A stretch of 56,961 nucleotides of DNA, filler included, from Sphacelaria rigidula (Eukaryota): assembly GCA_964200075.2 (NCBI GenBank). It is 4 parts of 4 records of this genome, joined end to end, with 100 filler letters (N's around TTAATTAATTAA, not from the genome) between each part and the next. Parts side by side here need not be neighbours in the genome. Positions count along the whole stretch, not along the records: positions 1 to 14,168 come from CAXNAA020002416.1; positions 14,269 to 28,435 come from CAXNAA020002417.1; 2 more parts are not named here. One strand, given 5' to 3'. This document shows positions 12,323 to 25,451 of this stretch, in pieces. Below the pieces are notes generated by a model that saw nothing but the letters and a program-made list of their open reading frames with translations, did no database searches and was not told the origin of the DNA. The position numbers and the translations under genes were made by a program. Every line of letters begins with the position of its first letter. Positions within the stretch are counted from its first letter, which is position 1.

Positions 12323-12934
12323 CCGTAGGTTGCATAAGATATCACACCCGTGTGATGACATTTCGGGCGTAAAACATAATCGTACAGGTGTGATGCTGCG
12401 CATGGGGTGTGATATCTTTGGTCACTGGTGTGATGAAGTGCGCACCCACAGGACCCTACATGCAGGGTGTGATAATATCGCCCGTGTAATGAAGGGCGCT
12501 ACGAGGATATGCCATACGGGTGTGTGGTGATAAAGGAGTGTGATAGACAAACTTTCCCCCGCAGCGAGTTGAAAAACACGACTCTGTGGATGGTGGAGCC
12601 GCCGCTGGAGTCTGACGCAAGGGCGCGGAGCTTTCTGCAGGGTTGTGTTCTGCATCCTTATTCATGATGTTATCGGTCTCCATGGCTGTGGCACGCAGAT
12701 TGCGTGCGCGTGTGTCCGTTGCCACGCGTTATACCATACCCGTGTGATGAGCCGGGGCTCCGTGAATGATATGTGCGACTCAACTCAGGGGGTGTGATAT
12801 CTTTTGTCACCGTGTGATAAATTGGCACTTTTTTCCGAGATTTTAAAAAATAGCACACGGGTGTGTGCTTTTGTGTAATTTTCTGAAGGGGGTGTGGTAT
12901 CCTTTGAAAATGTAGTATCTTATGCAACCTACGG
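12323..12934. mobile_element. Tc1/mariner-type MITE (about 610 bp) with 19-bp TIRs and internal GGGTGTGATAT subrepeats
   Basis: CCGTAGGTTGCATAAGATA (12323-12341) and TATCTTATGCAACCTACGG (12916-12934) form a perfect inverted pair. TA lies at 12935-12936 and 12320-12321. Many gtgtgat(at) motifs occur inside. Confidence 0.75.
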
Positions 12935-13552
12935 TAGTTACATCTGGGCCGCATGCGACTCTTGGCCTCGGAACGCTGACACAAGCTATTTATAGCCGGT
13001 GACGCACGTGAATGAGCATTGAGCAGAGCGATAAAGAATACAAGTGAACAAAAATCTCATAGATGAAGTTGGTATCAACCTATCTATTGCGTAATACTAC
13101 TGTACGGGCCTGGCGTGTTGATTCGCTGTAGATACGGAGAATACACATTTTGGGGCAGATTGCTACTGTCCCATCTATCCCGCCAGGCGTGTTTGCTTAT
13201 ACGCCTGCAACCTCTTGACATTTGGGGTCGACTTGGAGTGTCTACTTGATTCTTACGGGTTGATTTCCCCTTCCCTAAGTAGAGAAGTTGATTTCTTACT
13301 AGCTGTTTGTATTGCCTTCTTGTTGTGCCAGCCGTAGACGGTGTTTTGCATCTATTTGCTTTGGGAATAAGACAATAAAGGGTACACCCTGGTGCTTTTG
13401 GGACAAAAAAGGGTAATGCATTTTCGCTTTGGGGCGCGGCGCTGCACGTGGGTTGAACACCTCGAAACCACGTTCCAGCGCCTCAGTCCCACGCCCAAGG
13501 TGTCTGGGCGGTATGCTCGACCATTTTTTCATCTTCACAAGTGTTACTAGGC

Positions 13553-13880
13553 GTACTCATTTGTTGGTCGCCTTCGTCGTTTGACCATTGACCACGCATC
13601 CCTTTCGGGACGGAGCACCGTTCCTTCTCCTAGTAGAGACACCTCCAACATTCCGGTGCTCATTACGTTTCTTCCACACTTTGTACAAAAACCTTTTACA
13701 TATCTTATCCCCGTCCTGTTCCGCCGTCTCTGGCCATCATCTATCTCCTAGTATAGCCATCGTTTTCTCCCTACTGTCTAGTATATCAAAAGTTCTCATG
13801 CCACCTGCGTTTACGTTCCGCATTTCCCCCTCTAGCACGTCCCGTTCTTCCTTGCATGGTTCACATTCTACTACTTTATG
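13553..13880 (+). mobile_element. Dispersed repeat family B, long copy
   Basis: Begins GTACTCATTTGTTG...TTTGACCATTGACCACGCATCCCTTTCGGGACGGAGCACCGTTCC and aligns over about 280 bp with 28062-28340. Confidence 0.8.
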
Positions 13881-14168
13881 ATTTCTACTCTATATTGCTT
13901 TGCCACGAGGGTAATTCTGTGCATCTACTTCCTCCTCCTCCCGACGACTGGTATATATCTTTCTTCTTTCTGGCAGGTCCAGGGCCCCCACCCGAAATCG
14001 CAGTCTCAGATTTTTCGCCGCGTCCGTTGGGCAATGCAGATAGAGCTATGTTTTCATCCCTATCCCCTCTTTCAAACCCCCGTATATCTACGGGGATGGG
14101 GGGGGGGGGGGGGGGGCCCAATCATTCCCCCGCTGTTTGTCAGTTACCCCTTAACCCTCCCTCCCCCC

Positions 14169-14268
14169 NNNNNNNNNNNNNNNNNNNNNNNNNNNNNNNN
14201 NNNNNNNNNNNNTTAATTAATTAANNNNNNNNNNNNNNNNNNNNNNNNNNNNNNNNNNNNNNNNNNNN
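14169..14268. other. Artificial contig spacer N44-TTAATTAATTAA-N44
   Basis: Exactly 100 nt, a palindromic all-frame stop linker, identical at three positions. Confidence 0.98.
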
Positions 14269-15055
14269 ACGCCAACCCCATCGGGGGTCCGCCCCTACAA
14301 GGCCGGGACGGAGCACGCCGGGTTCTCGCCGGACCAGGCTATAAAGCAGGGTACAAATTGAAAATTGAATGGATCGTCTTATCGACAGGAAGAGACGGGC
14401 AGACAGACAAACTGACTTGACAGACAGACTGAATGACTTGACAGACAGGCAAGCAGATGGGGAGAGACTTTCACTCATGTGCGAATAGAAAGCATTGTAA
14501 CGTCCGTACGTATCTCAAGAAAAACACGAGAAGTGATCAAGTGCCACAGAATACGGTGTATATCACCCTCTGATGATACTCCCCGGCGAAAAAACGTGTT
14601 TTTAGCTTATTTTTAACGCCGTGCTAGTCAGAACCAACAGTACCGTATCGAGGTCCACATTATGTCACACCTCTCCCTGGATGATGACTGTTTGGGTTTC
14701 AGAAAATATCCCCTCACGGGGATGGGTGGTATACACCGTTTCTAATCTTATTCTCGTCATAGCTTCAATCCCTCCCAATCATCTCCGGGGCACACTGTAT
14801 TCTCAACGTAATCATCCATGCCTCCCCCGGTCCTGTTACACGCCTGACACTTTAGTATAGAGTATCGCAGGTCGGATCAGCACTCCCGCACCGGGTCGAT
14901 TACCGTCAATTTTTCATTCCCCTACTCACGTCCCCTCACTTTTTTAACGACGGAACTCAGACATTCACTATGTACTGAGGAAAATAAGGCACATAACTGT
15001 ATCCACTGGGAATCGACCCCCCTGCGGTATATATCACCCTCGGGACATCGCCGGT

Positions 15056-15164
15056 GATTGATTGCGAGCCTGGTCAGGCGAAAAACCGGCGTGCTCCGTG
15101 CCGGCTTTGCAGGGATGCGAGGTCAATGATCTCATGTCTACGGCATGAAAGATCATGAGTACAC
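15056..15164 (-). mobile_element. Dispersed repeat family A copy
   Basis: gattgcgagcctggtcaggcgaaaaaccggcgtgctccgtgccggctttgcagggatgcgaggtcaa...gatcatgagtacac. Confidence 0.8.
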
Positions 15165-15668
15165 ACTGAATTTCACCCCGTCCCTGGGGTGATGAAACAC
15201 CTCGATATTTCTGGTATCATTCCGGTCAGTACCTGCAGTAGTATTTGGCACGAAAACGTTTCACCGGTCGTGTTATACTTTGAACCGCAGCTAGAGTGTG
15301 CGGTATTGTAAGCAAGAGAGGTACAGCACAGACACACAGACACACACGCACACACGCACATGAGAGAAATGTACTGATGGATGTAGTGGTTTTCGTGGAG
15401 TATGACACGCAGAACCGTTGGGAATAATGGGCACGTACTGTCCATAGTACGGTAAAATCGGTTACACGTGAGCGTTACCCAGTAAAAGGTTGATCGTTCA
15501 GCAGTAGTACCACCACCACCACTAGTATTTCCGCACAAATTGGTCGCGTCCTTGGTCGATGATTCTGTGGCGCTCTCTGGTTGTGTGTTTGTATCTGCTT
15601 CACTGTACTGCGTCCTTGAACTTCATCACTTCTGTAGTTTCCTTCTTCTTTAGCCTCTCGTTACCTCC

Positions 15669-15671
<3 letters not shown>

Positions 15672-15741
<70 letters not shown>
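15672..15741. repeat. (CT)n microsatellite
   Basis: About 35 CT units, directly visible. Confidence 0.95.
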
Positions 15742-15748
<7 letters not shown>

Positions 15749-16387
15749 TTATTTCCTCCCGACGTACGTATGCAAGTCGCAGTTTGGTGCCTTGCTCCCG
15801 TAGGGTTCATGGGTGAGAGAGCCCATACCCCAAATAGCGTGGCCGAAATAGACGAGTCGCACTTTGTTTGTTCTCACTCACAGCTGTTTGCTTTTTTTTA
15901 CCGTTGGGTATGAGTGCATATGCTTCTATGCAAGATCCTTTGCACCTGAAACCATGCTGTAGAAGTCGACCATTTCTAGTCGTTTTCTGTTCGTTTCACA
16001 CCCTGGACAGTATATGGTAAATAGCTGCAATAGACGAGAAGTGTACTGCATAAAGTACATGTCTTGTCTATTGTAGCTATTGACCATATATTGGCCAAGG
16101 TGTGATTCGTTTCGTGTGTGCGTTTGTTTTGTACTCTCCCGTCTGCGAGTGATGCCGCGATCGCTCCCCTCAGGAAAGTGGTTGGTTTGAGGAGGTGAAA
16201 TCTACATGAAAAAAAAAAAAGATGAAATGCCGAGCCCACCGAGCAGCTGGGAACTCCCACGAATGGGATCGGTTTCGCCAATGTCACACATATGAGGCGC
16301 TTTATGCAGTCTGAAGTCACCTATCATGCGCTGTATCGTCATTTGCTTTGTGATAGTTCTAGGGCTGGTTTGTGTGTGTGTGTGTGT

Positions 16388-16830
16388 GGGGGGGGGGGGT
16401 GCACTGATGACGTTGCATGCCATAGTCATGAGACCGTTGACCTCGCATCCCTGCAAGCCGGGACGGACGACGGGTTTTCGCCGGAGCAGGCTCGCAATCA
16501 ATAACCAAGTACGAAGCGCCGTGATGTGGTCGGCGAGTCGCATGAAGAGTGAGCTGCATCCTGCTAAGATTGTCAGACGCGAAGCGCATTGATCATCTTT
16601 GCACAATGTGGATGGCGGCTTACAATGAGTTGCTTCATTTTCTAGTATCGCCACTTCCAGAGACAGCCACGGGTTCCACATTGCTTCACGGGTGTCTCTC
16701 CATTCGGTTTTTTTTGGGGGGGGAGGGGTACTCATATTTCTTGCTTGCCTTAGTCATTTGACCATTGACCATGCATCCCTTTCTGGACGGAGCACCGTTC
16801 CACTCCTAATAGAGACGCCTCAAACAACGG
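16388..16830 (+). mobile_element. Family A copy (about 16388-16655) followed by family B copy (about 16716-16830), each preceded by a G-run
   Basis: G-run then TGCACTGATGACGTTGCATGCCATAGTCATGAGACC...; G-run then TACTCATATTTCTTGCTTGCCTTAGTCATTTGACC... Confidence 0.8.
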
Positions 16831-19149
16831 TTTGGGGCATCACTTCTGTTGCGCTCGTCTATTATTCTACTTGCCTGTTCTTATTCGCCGATTCCATTAT
16901 CGCGGAGCAAGTGGGTGTCATGTAGATCAATATGACACAACCGCCGCGGCTATGGCGGCCTCATGGCACTAATGACGCCATTATATCGAAAAAATGCGGA
17001 TTCGATTTTCGCCAGATAGGCGTCTAGTGTGGCTTTTTCTTTTCAATCAGATGTGTCGATTCCGTCGTTAACACGTGAACACGTGAACACTGCACGAGCT
17101 GGGTCAGCTGACAGTGTTTTTTTTTCATGTTTCCGGGCTCGACTGTGGGTAATTCGAGAAGTTGGGCGCTGGAATCTTGACACGACATTTTCATCATCAA
17201 TACGCACAACCTTCCGGGGGATGCAACGAGAAAAAGAAAAAAACAGAAAGTTAGAGCGATTTGAAGTTTCTGCAAAAACTGGGAAAATGCTGTCAACTCC
17301 GTGGAGATAAAGAAATACGTCAGCATCCCTCGGGTTGTTGTGTTGGGCGTACTTGTGTGCAGGAGATCCTGGTGCAAAAACACCCCCAATTGGGCGCAGC
17401 AGGACACTTTTTGTGCAACACCGCTGCGCCCCTTTAATCCAAGGGATACCGGAGACTCCAGTTATGGAGGTCACGAGTTCGAACCCCGACGGATTCCTTT
17501 TCTTGTTCCGTCGGTAAGGTTATACATTATGCAGTACATTTTTCTTCCATTTTTTCTTCATTCAGCGGCGGTGCCGTGCCTTACCAGGTTGGTCTGCAGG
17601 TCACACCGACATGCTCAAGTCGGGCTGATTCGGTAAACTTGATAAGTTATGCTGTGACATGCAAATGCGGGATTTACTGCCGGCCCAGCTCTTAGAAAAA
17701 ATAGAGAATGTTTCGCTGAGTTTGCTACACGGCAGACAACGCGGTGCGGAGGAAGTGTTAGTCTTGATCCAATACGCGATACCAACTTACAAGGCATGTA
17801 ACGGGGGAAAATATGGGTTGATCGTTTGAGACCACGGACTCATCCCGCGGAAGGAGAGGGGTTGAGAGTGGGACAAAACGCACACACACACATACACACA
17901 CAGGGGGAAAAGACATGGATTATGAGGCACAGTGCGACCACGAGGTCGGCAAATCTCCTCCCCTCCCTTTGCCCCCGGTGCATGCTCGACATCTTCCGGC
18001 TTACGGCGTCACTTGTTCCCATATTTTTGCGTGCTGCCGCTTGTTTTCCTGCTGCTTGTTTACGGTGACGGTAATAATCAAAATAAATATCTTGCTGTGC
18101 ACAAGGTTTCATCTTTTGGCTGCAGGTAAAAGATTTGGATACAGAGGTGCTTACATTGTACTCATGTGTGAAAGGGGTGTTCAATCCCTGACTGTACAGA
18201 CTCTAGCGTGTGAAGTCGTATCATCTTCAATGCTATGATATTCCCCATACTTCGTATCCCTCCGAAGGATGAATATATATGTATATATATTTATCGTAAA
18301 AAAACGCAGCAAAAAACAATGTTGACGGCTGGCTCCGTGGGGCATTGCAATTAAACTTCCGAGGCCGTGAGTGTACTGTAGCGTCCCGAATGGATGTTTT
18401 TCCGTGAAGTGCATTCTGCCAGAAGCCTGTGGTGGAGAAGAACACATTGTTCCTGTTCTTGCTTTGCTTCTCATGTGCGGTTTCCTTGCTGAACAACAAG
18501 TGTCTGTCGTGTGTGTGTGTGTTCGGTACCGGCGGTGCTAGCTCTCAGCCAGGTGCTTCTCTTCTCCTCCTTTTCCCTCCCTTCCTTTCCTTCCTCTTCT
18601 CGTTCCGCTCTACCCTATGCCATGTTTTCCTTCTTCTCTGCATTTCCCCCCCACTTTCTCGACTTTTCATTCAGCGACTTTTCACTCAGAGCGACTTTCC
18701 GTTCAGCGGCTGTCCATTCAGCGATTTTCCTCTCCTTTCCTTTGTCCCTCCTTTTCTTTGTTTTCTCTGCGTTCCGTTCCGTTCTGCTCTTATCTTTTTC
18801 TTCCTCTTTTCCGTTTGCTCTACCCCCTTCCCTTTTTGTTGTTGTTGTTGTTGCTGCTGCATCAATCCCCTCTTCCTCGTGCCCCTCTTCAACGCGTTGT
18901 CATCCAGCGGCTGTTCCCGTACGTTTACCCTCGAGTACGCCTATATATATCAACCACGGCTGAATTCGCAGTGGATCGCCCCGTTCATGTTAATGTGCGA
19001 CAATCAATCAAACAACCATGGAACCAACCAACCAACCAACCCATGAAATAAACCAACCAATCAACTTGAACCAGCCAACACATATACATGTGCATCTATA
19101 GGAGGGAGAACGACAACCCCTTCAGTACTGGGCCATACTACGCTCTCAC

Positions 19150-22100
19150 CTTAGCTAGGGACTCTCTTTCAACCATCTCCGCCAGCAATCGCTCCCGCAG
19201 CTCGTCCACCCCCGCCCTTTCCACTGGAGAACGACTACAGACAGAAAAAAAAGAAGCAGAAAGGCCGGGAAAATCGGCAGGAGTACGTAGAGGAGCTCAT
19301 CACAAATATCAGCCCACAGCGATATCAATAATGGCATACATTTGTGAAAGTCACGCTACGGCACACACATGTAAACTGGAGAGGAGTACGGCGCAGGAAG
19401 TCGGTCCGCCAGTGACATGAGCGAGGGGTTCCGAAACCTCAATCCCTCACACCTAAACAGACGAACTCCTGGTGCCCTAGGTAACGGGGTCCTTCGGTAG
19501 AAGAAGCTCACTGCCTAGGGGCGAAACTCACAAGAGAAGGGCGGCGCGTGCACTGCGTCAAGTTGACAGAGGGTTTTAGTGGGTTTAACCCCCACACTGC
19601 CTTGAGGAAAGCTTTCCGAAAGCTCGAGGTGCCTACCCCACATGACTGCCGCGAGGCGGTCTAGCCAAGCCTCAGGGTAATCGACACACGAAACCGGTTC
19701 CCGGGGTGAGTGTTGGGTGAGGTTTTTCCCTTCCTTTCGATGAAAATGCTCAGGAGATTGGAGCCACCGTAAGAACCCAGAAGGATACACTCTACAAGCT
19801 CTGTCCACTACTGCCTACCACCCAGGCTCACGGCGAACCCTTGCTCCGAGTATCCAGAGAGAAAATGCGTCTTGCTATGGAGGTCCTGCGGCAGCGGGGC
19901 TACGCCGGCGACCTTCGTCAGGAGGCACGGGAGACTATTACCCCCTTCGGCCGCAGCACGTAGTCGCACCGTACGAACCTAGTGAAGTCCTTTTTTGTAT
20001 ATATGTTTTTGTTATTATCAACTGTATTATTATATCAGGCCAATTTTTGGGTCTTCTAGCTAGCTTTACCCCCAAGCCGTACTTTAGTTTTTGTTTCTTT
20101 CCCAACCCCCGCCCTCCCCCCCCCCCCAAATATATATATATAATACAACAACGAAGAAAAAAGTTGGACCATACATAATGGCTCATCAGGACTCTCCCCC
20201 GGGTGAAGGTCAACTAAACGGCCAGTCAAACTGCCGTAGCGCCCCAGATCATAGCCGGCGTCTCCAAGTCACGAGAGCTAATGGACTCAACCAACACGGA
20301 AAAATATCCCAGGTTTATCTTTTCACATCGGTCACAACAACTAAATATTTACAGTATGTATAGCAGAAGACGTCAACGAAACTCCGGTCGTCATCGACTG
20401 AAGTGACGTCATCCACAGTTGTTTTTCGAGTGTGGCATAACTTCCTCCTACCACGAATGACGTCATCTTCCAACGAAAGGAGAGAACTACTTGTAGAACG
20501 TACAATACGTATTCGAGGAAAACAAATAGGGGAGAAATGTTGAGGTCGTGTTCTGTCTGTGAAAAAACGAAACAAAATAGCAAGAGATCCATGAAGCATT
20601 TATCAGGGGGGAAACGTATCTTGTGTCACGGCCGACGAGAAATCTAGGAGTTCTGCATTCGTCACGATGGAAGAGATTGACGAGTGTCACCTGCACGCAG
20701 TGTGTGCTTGACTGTGGCAGTGAAGCTCTTGATGACAAAATTTAGCGTTTTCGATTCGATGCCTACCCGACACCACGTACAGCTAAAAAAATCTGCCAAA
20801 ATCTCGCATTTGCTTCGTCACGCATCCCGACAGACCGGGAAAATATCATGACCAAGTGCACACCTAGTATATCCCAATCCCTTTCTTATTTCCCTGTCAC
20901 GTGCGCTTCCACGACGTGGTCGATGTACGGAACTGGCAATGTTGGCAACATACACACATCAACACACACACATGCTACACAGAACAAATATCTCACCGCC
21001 CTTTCTATGCGAAGATCGCCGCAACAGCAGCAGGAGTAACAGCAGCGCAAACAACAACAACATCATCATAACCATAATCACCACCGCCACAACCAAAAAA
21101 ACATGTGATAGGTGACAAGTGACAGCAACAGCATCGGCAGTTCCAGATATCTACTCTTCTTCTGTCTCACCTACGACCCGCCGCTCTCGGCTCCTTGTCC
21201 CTCGACGACGACGACAAGCACGTCGTCGCATACACCGGAGGAGACACACTCCTTCCCGAGCTCCCCAACATCTCTTCCACGCCTTCCCTGCCTCCCCCGC
21301 CACCTCCGCCCTTCGGCATCCCCTTGCTGCCAACCTGCAGCGTCCTGCGTGTCGGCGACAGCATCGAGGACACCCGAGACGTTCCCGCCGACTGTTGCGG
21401 AAACACATAGGAGCCCGAAGCCGGCGCAGTGAGCGGCCGTTCAATAGCGGACGAACCAAGGCGCCCAGCGGCGCTTTGGGTTAGGCGGGTACCTGGTTGT
21501 CGTCGATCTCCATGTCGAAGATTAGGTCGGCTGTACTGGGAAATATTTGGGGGGCTACAACGACCGGTAGCGGCGGGAGCGGCACTATGTGAGGAGCGGG
21601 TGGCCGCGGCGGTAGCGGGGATGGAGGAGAAGCCGGCATATGAGCCACGGGAGGCGCCGGAGGTTCTTGCTGAGCCGCCGCCGCCACTACCGCCGATGGT
21701 TATTTTTTGTCGGCCATCAGTGGTGATGGGAGAGGAGGAGGGAGGGGGTACGGCGTAGCCGAAACTGGAGAAGAAGTCTTCTTGTACCTGCGAGAGTTCC
21801 TCCAGCAGTTTCGCCTGGGGCGGAGAGAAGGAAAGGTGGGTGGGGGCAATAGACAGCAGGACCCCGCCCGCCCCGCGGTCAGTCTCGCGGCGACTTGAGA
21901 TTGGCCCTTCTCCCCGACTAATATTTTGTGCTGTTGCAAGTTTGACACAAGCTTATGTCTCTCTAAAACTCGCAACAACAGCAGGGTGTGTCGTATATTC
22001 CACCTACACACCAAGCACTAGACAATACCATACCCGAAATAGAACGAGTCGAAAAACGCGAGGGAGACCAAAACGTCGTAGTCGGTAGCCGACCCAGGAG

Positions 22101-24393
22101 CTTGCAGACTGGCTGCACTAAAGCAGGTGCACCAGGGACATACAGGCACTCCTGATGTGATCGTGCATTAGGCAGAAGGGCACATCCAGCTCTTCGGCTA
22201 TTTTTTGTCACGCGGTGTATCGTCTGAGTCCGTCCGTATGTTTCCACAGAAACGAGGCATGAGTCGCATGAATTGAGTTATTCGGTGTGACTCTTTTCGG
22301 AATTGCAGGAGCGCACGCTACAGGTACCGCGCGGGCGTCGGGATACTTCGTCACTCACAAACCACAAGGGCCGACGCACCACGGTGGCATCTCTAAGCAC
22401 CGTACAATTCGTTCACGCGGTGCGGACTGCATGACGCAATATACACATACTTACATATACAAAAGGGGAAACGTCGCCTCTTCAGGTAGTCTAACACACA
22501 GAAAATTGCGTAGGCCGAATTCAAAACATGTTCAGCACCTGCGACGTCTCTATCGCGGCGCCGAGATCAGCCGCGTGCTCTCGGACCTTCTCCAGCTCTC
22601 CGCCCCGCAACTCGCCGTCGGCGACGGTGGACGATGCGCCCGACGCTGTAGAGAATCGTAAAGGTGACTTTTCACTCCTGCTCCCAGCCCCAACCCCACT
22701 GGATCTTCCCGCCGCCGAAGTCCCCACACCTCCCGAACGCAGCCCTTTTACCCCAGCACCGCCGTCCCTGAGACTGCTACTACTATTTCGGCCTTCCGCC
22801 TTGGGTGCCGTTACCGTCCTCTTTCTTCGCGGTAGTGAGGAAGATGATAGCCGTTTGTGTTGTCGCCCGCCACCGCCGTTGCTACCGCCACGTTTCCCGG
22901 CTGGTCCATCGCTCTGATACACCATCGGTTCTGATTCTTGCCAGGTTGGACCGGCCGCTGCGGCTGCGGCGGCCGCACTGCGAGGTTTGACAGCGGGAGC
23001 GGCGAATTGAGAATCGCGTAGTAGAGGCGGGGGTACTTCCCCCCCCCGTTCATGCCGCGGTCGTAAGTTGCTCGTCGGATTGTTGCGAACGTAGGCGGCA
23101 GCGGCGGCGGCAGCGGTGGCAGAGAGGGCGGGATTACTGAGATGATCATCGCCCTCTGCGGTCCATCGCACCAGGTCATCATCGTCGCCGTCGTTATCAT
23201 TGTCTTGCTCGTCGAAGAGTCGTGCTCCTTGCTCATTTGTGCTGTTATCGCCGGTTTGAGGAATTGTGTCATTTATTTTTTTATTTTTTCGTGGGCAGGG
23301 GGCGGGGGGGGGGGGCAGGCATGAAGTAGATTAGAAATCATGCGTATTCAAAGCGTATGCACCACGGACGGTACCAAAACGTTTCCCCAACAAACACCGA
23401 TGAAAGGTACGCTTTCTGAGGATATCGACACGCTAAGGACCAGGTGAACACGACGAAGACTACTTCGACGTACGTATGTGTAGGACAAGAGCATCGGAGT
23501 GTAGGTAAGAGATAGACGCAACGGCTTGGTTCATTTATCCAGTAATTGAGGTCCTGCGGAGTATTTACGTCTGGTCCCCGCATGTACAGTACCCGTGGCG
23601 GGTAGTCCATCGACTTCAAACTTGGGCCACCCTTTACTGACGTTGTTCATCCTGAACCTAGTAGGTAATGGCATCCTTGCTGCATGCTTCTCATGTTTCG
23701 AAATTTGCTGGCTTGCACAGTAGTATTCCCGCAACACAGACAGTACAGCACAGTACAGCACGGCACGGCACCGCATTCACCATATCTACCGAAGTCTCCC
23801 CGCAATTTGTGTTCACCCCGCAGAACAGTACGGTACCGTTTACTGCTGTTGATGGTCATGTTGAGTTCAGAATACTAAACGATGACTGTCACATGACAAG
23901 CAAGCTGAAGATTTCCGGTGCTCTCTCGTCAGTTCCTCTCGAGTATGATAGAGCCACCTGCGGAAGACACTGAACATCTAGTTCGCGGTCTCGTTTCTCT
24001 TATGCTGCACCAACACCACCGTATTGCTGCAAGTCCATCCCCAGTCCGAGACCCGCGAAGAGAGCACCACTTCATCTCGCTTTACAACACACCCCACCTT
24101 CCATGGCTTGCCCAATTGCATTCTCTACAACAGCAGCAGCAACCATCGCGAAGTACATCACGACTACGACTATAACTACAACAAGGACGACGACAGCGAT
24201 ACAACCACCAGGAATGGCAGCAACACCGACTACGACAACATCGGCAACACCTGAGCATGCGTGCCATCTCATCTCGCTGTCTCTCGCTCTCCGCCAGGGC
24301 TTCGTGCAGGCCGTTCACTACCAGAGCCGATCGCCAATTCCCGGCCAAGGCGTCATGCTGCAGCTCGCCTTCTTCAGCGCCGCAACAATCCAT
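19150..24393 (-). CDS. Hypothetical low-complexity protein with short coiled-coil segments (3' end uncertain)
   Basis: Exons 24393-24251, 23241-22539, 21814-21171 and 19234-19150 splice GT-AG with matching phases (2,0,2) into one frame: MDCCGAEEG...LHEALAESERQRDEMARML/STNEQG...ELEKVREHAADLGAAIETSQ/AKLLEELSQVQEDFF.../SRSPVERAGVDELRERLLAEMVERESLAK. A possible next exon ENKRQHAKIWEQ lies near 18048-18013. No domain recognised. Confidence 0.65.
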
Positions 24394-25223
24394 TATCTCA
24401 CCTAAACTATCACAGGGCCTACAGTAAGCTCCCGCCACCAAGGCCTACCCTACAGTTCCGGGCTACCGTGCTGCGTACTCCTGCAGGCGTGTTACCGGAG
24501 AGTTCAAACATGTAACGGCTGAAAAGTGTGCGCACCAGAAAAATGTGGATTGTGCCGTGAGCACGGGCGCAACGGCAGCCAGAAAGGATCACGGGGAGGG
24601 CGTTCTGTTAATCAAGTCCGTGGTGAATCATACCCGATATTGCGGCTAGCTGTATGGCCAAGCCAGCCCTGGGCATGCCTACAAGTTGGGATCGCAGTCT
24701 GACGGGGATTGATCCGCTATTGAAATCCTTTGAATGCCCCCCTTGAACAGTAGTCGTTATCTATACGCCTGCTATTGATAAGATTTTTCAGCTCAAGATG
24801 TGAACCCTTTCCCTTAAAACATCAGGGAATTATGTTCTTTAGCTAGCGATTGAAAGAAAAAGTCCCCATTACAAGAAGTAACATTTCGTTCGAGTGTTGG
24901 TTTTAAATCTGCACATTCTCCGACTGTTGGCTGCGGGTCTCAACAAGGAGGAGAAAACGTTTTTGCCTTCTTGGGAGACAACGGACAATGGTATTTTCGT
25001 TTGACGAGGCAGTACACGTCATGTTGCTGCCGACAGACAAAATCACGATAATATTGTGTATTGGATATGCCTACAGTTGTTCACATTTTGGCATGCATGC
25101 CCTGTTACCGCGTTGGGGGCGGATATTGTTGGTTGATCGCGGATCTGAAATATGGCATATGTGACACTGAAATCAACATCAGAGAGAGCCATACATCATA
25201 TATCTATCCACCCGTAGCCTTGA

Positions 25224-25451
25224 ATGTTGTACCGCGCAACAATGCCAACGCATGTACTACTTGCGAGAGGCATCGGTAGATCTCTTATTGCAAGCCGTTC
25301 TTGGGTAATTGGTAGTGGCGGGGGAAGCGTCGGCGGCATAAATATCTCGCGGTGTTTGAGCGCTGCTCCCAGGAAGAACGATGTGGCTTTGATCAGGGAG
25401 CTCCGGGAGGCCTCCGGTGCGCCCATGGTGGACTGCAAGAAGGCCTTGGCG
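25224..25451 (+). CDS. TSFM: Mitochondrial translation elongation factor Ts, exon 1 (3'-partial)
   Basis: Arg/Ser-rich presequence lacking acidic residues, then VALIRELREASGAPMVDCKKALA, the EF-Ts N-terminal signature (lvkeLR..tGa.mmdCKkAL). Donor GCG|GTACGT at 25452. Later exons were not found on this contig. Confidence 0.85.

Noticed and set aside
14213-14224. TTAATTAATTAA palindrome repeated three times at about 14.27-kb intervals
   Set aside because: It is embedded in N-runs and identical each time, so it is an artificial linker rather than a biological periodic motif.
17440-17500. tRNA-like T-arm (GAGTTCGAACCCC)
   Set aside because: No acceptor stem or D-arm could be folded. At most a SINE relic.
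18429-19051. Three overlapping + strand ORFs rich in F/S/L/P
   Set aside because: Pyrimidine-rich low complexity suppresses stop codons. The opposite K/E-rich frames contain stops, and no convincing splice into the neighbouring gene was found.
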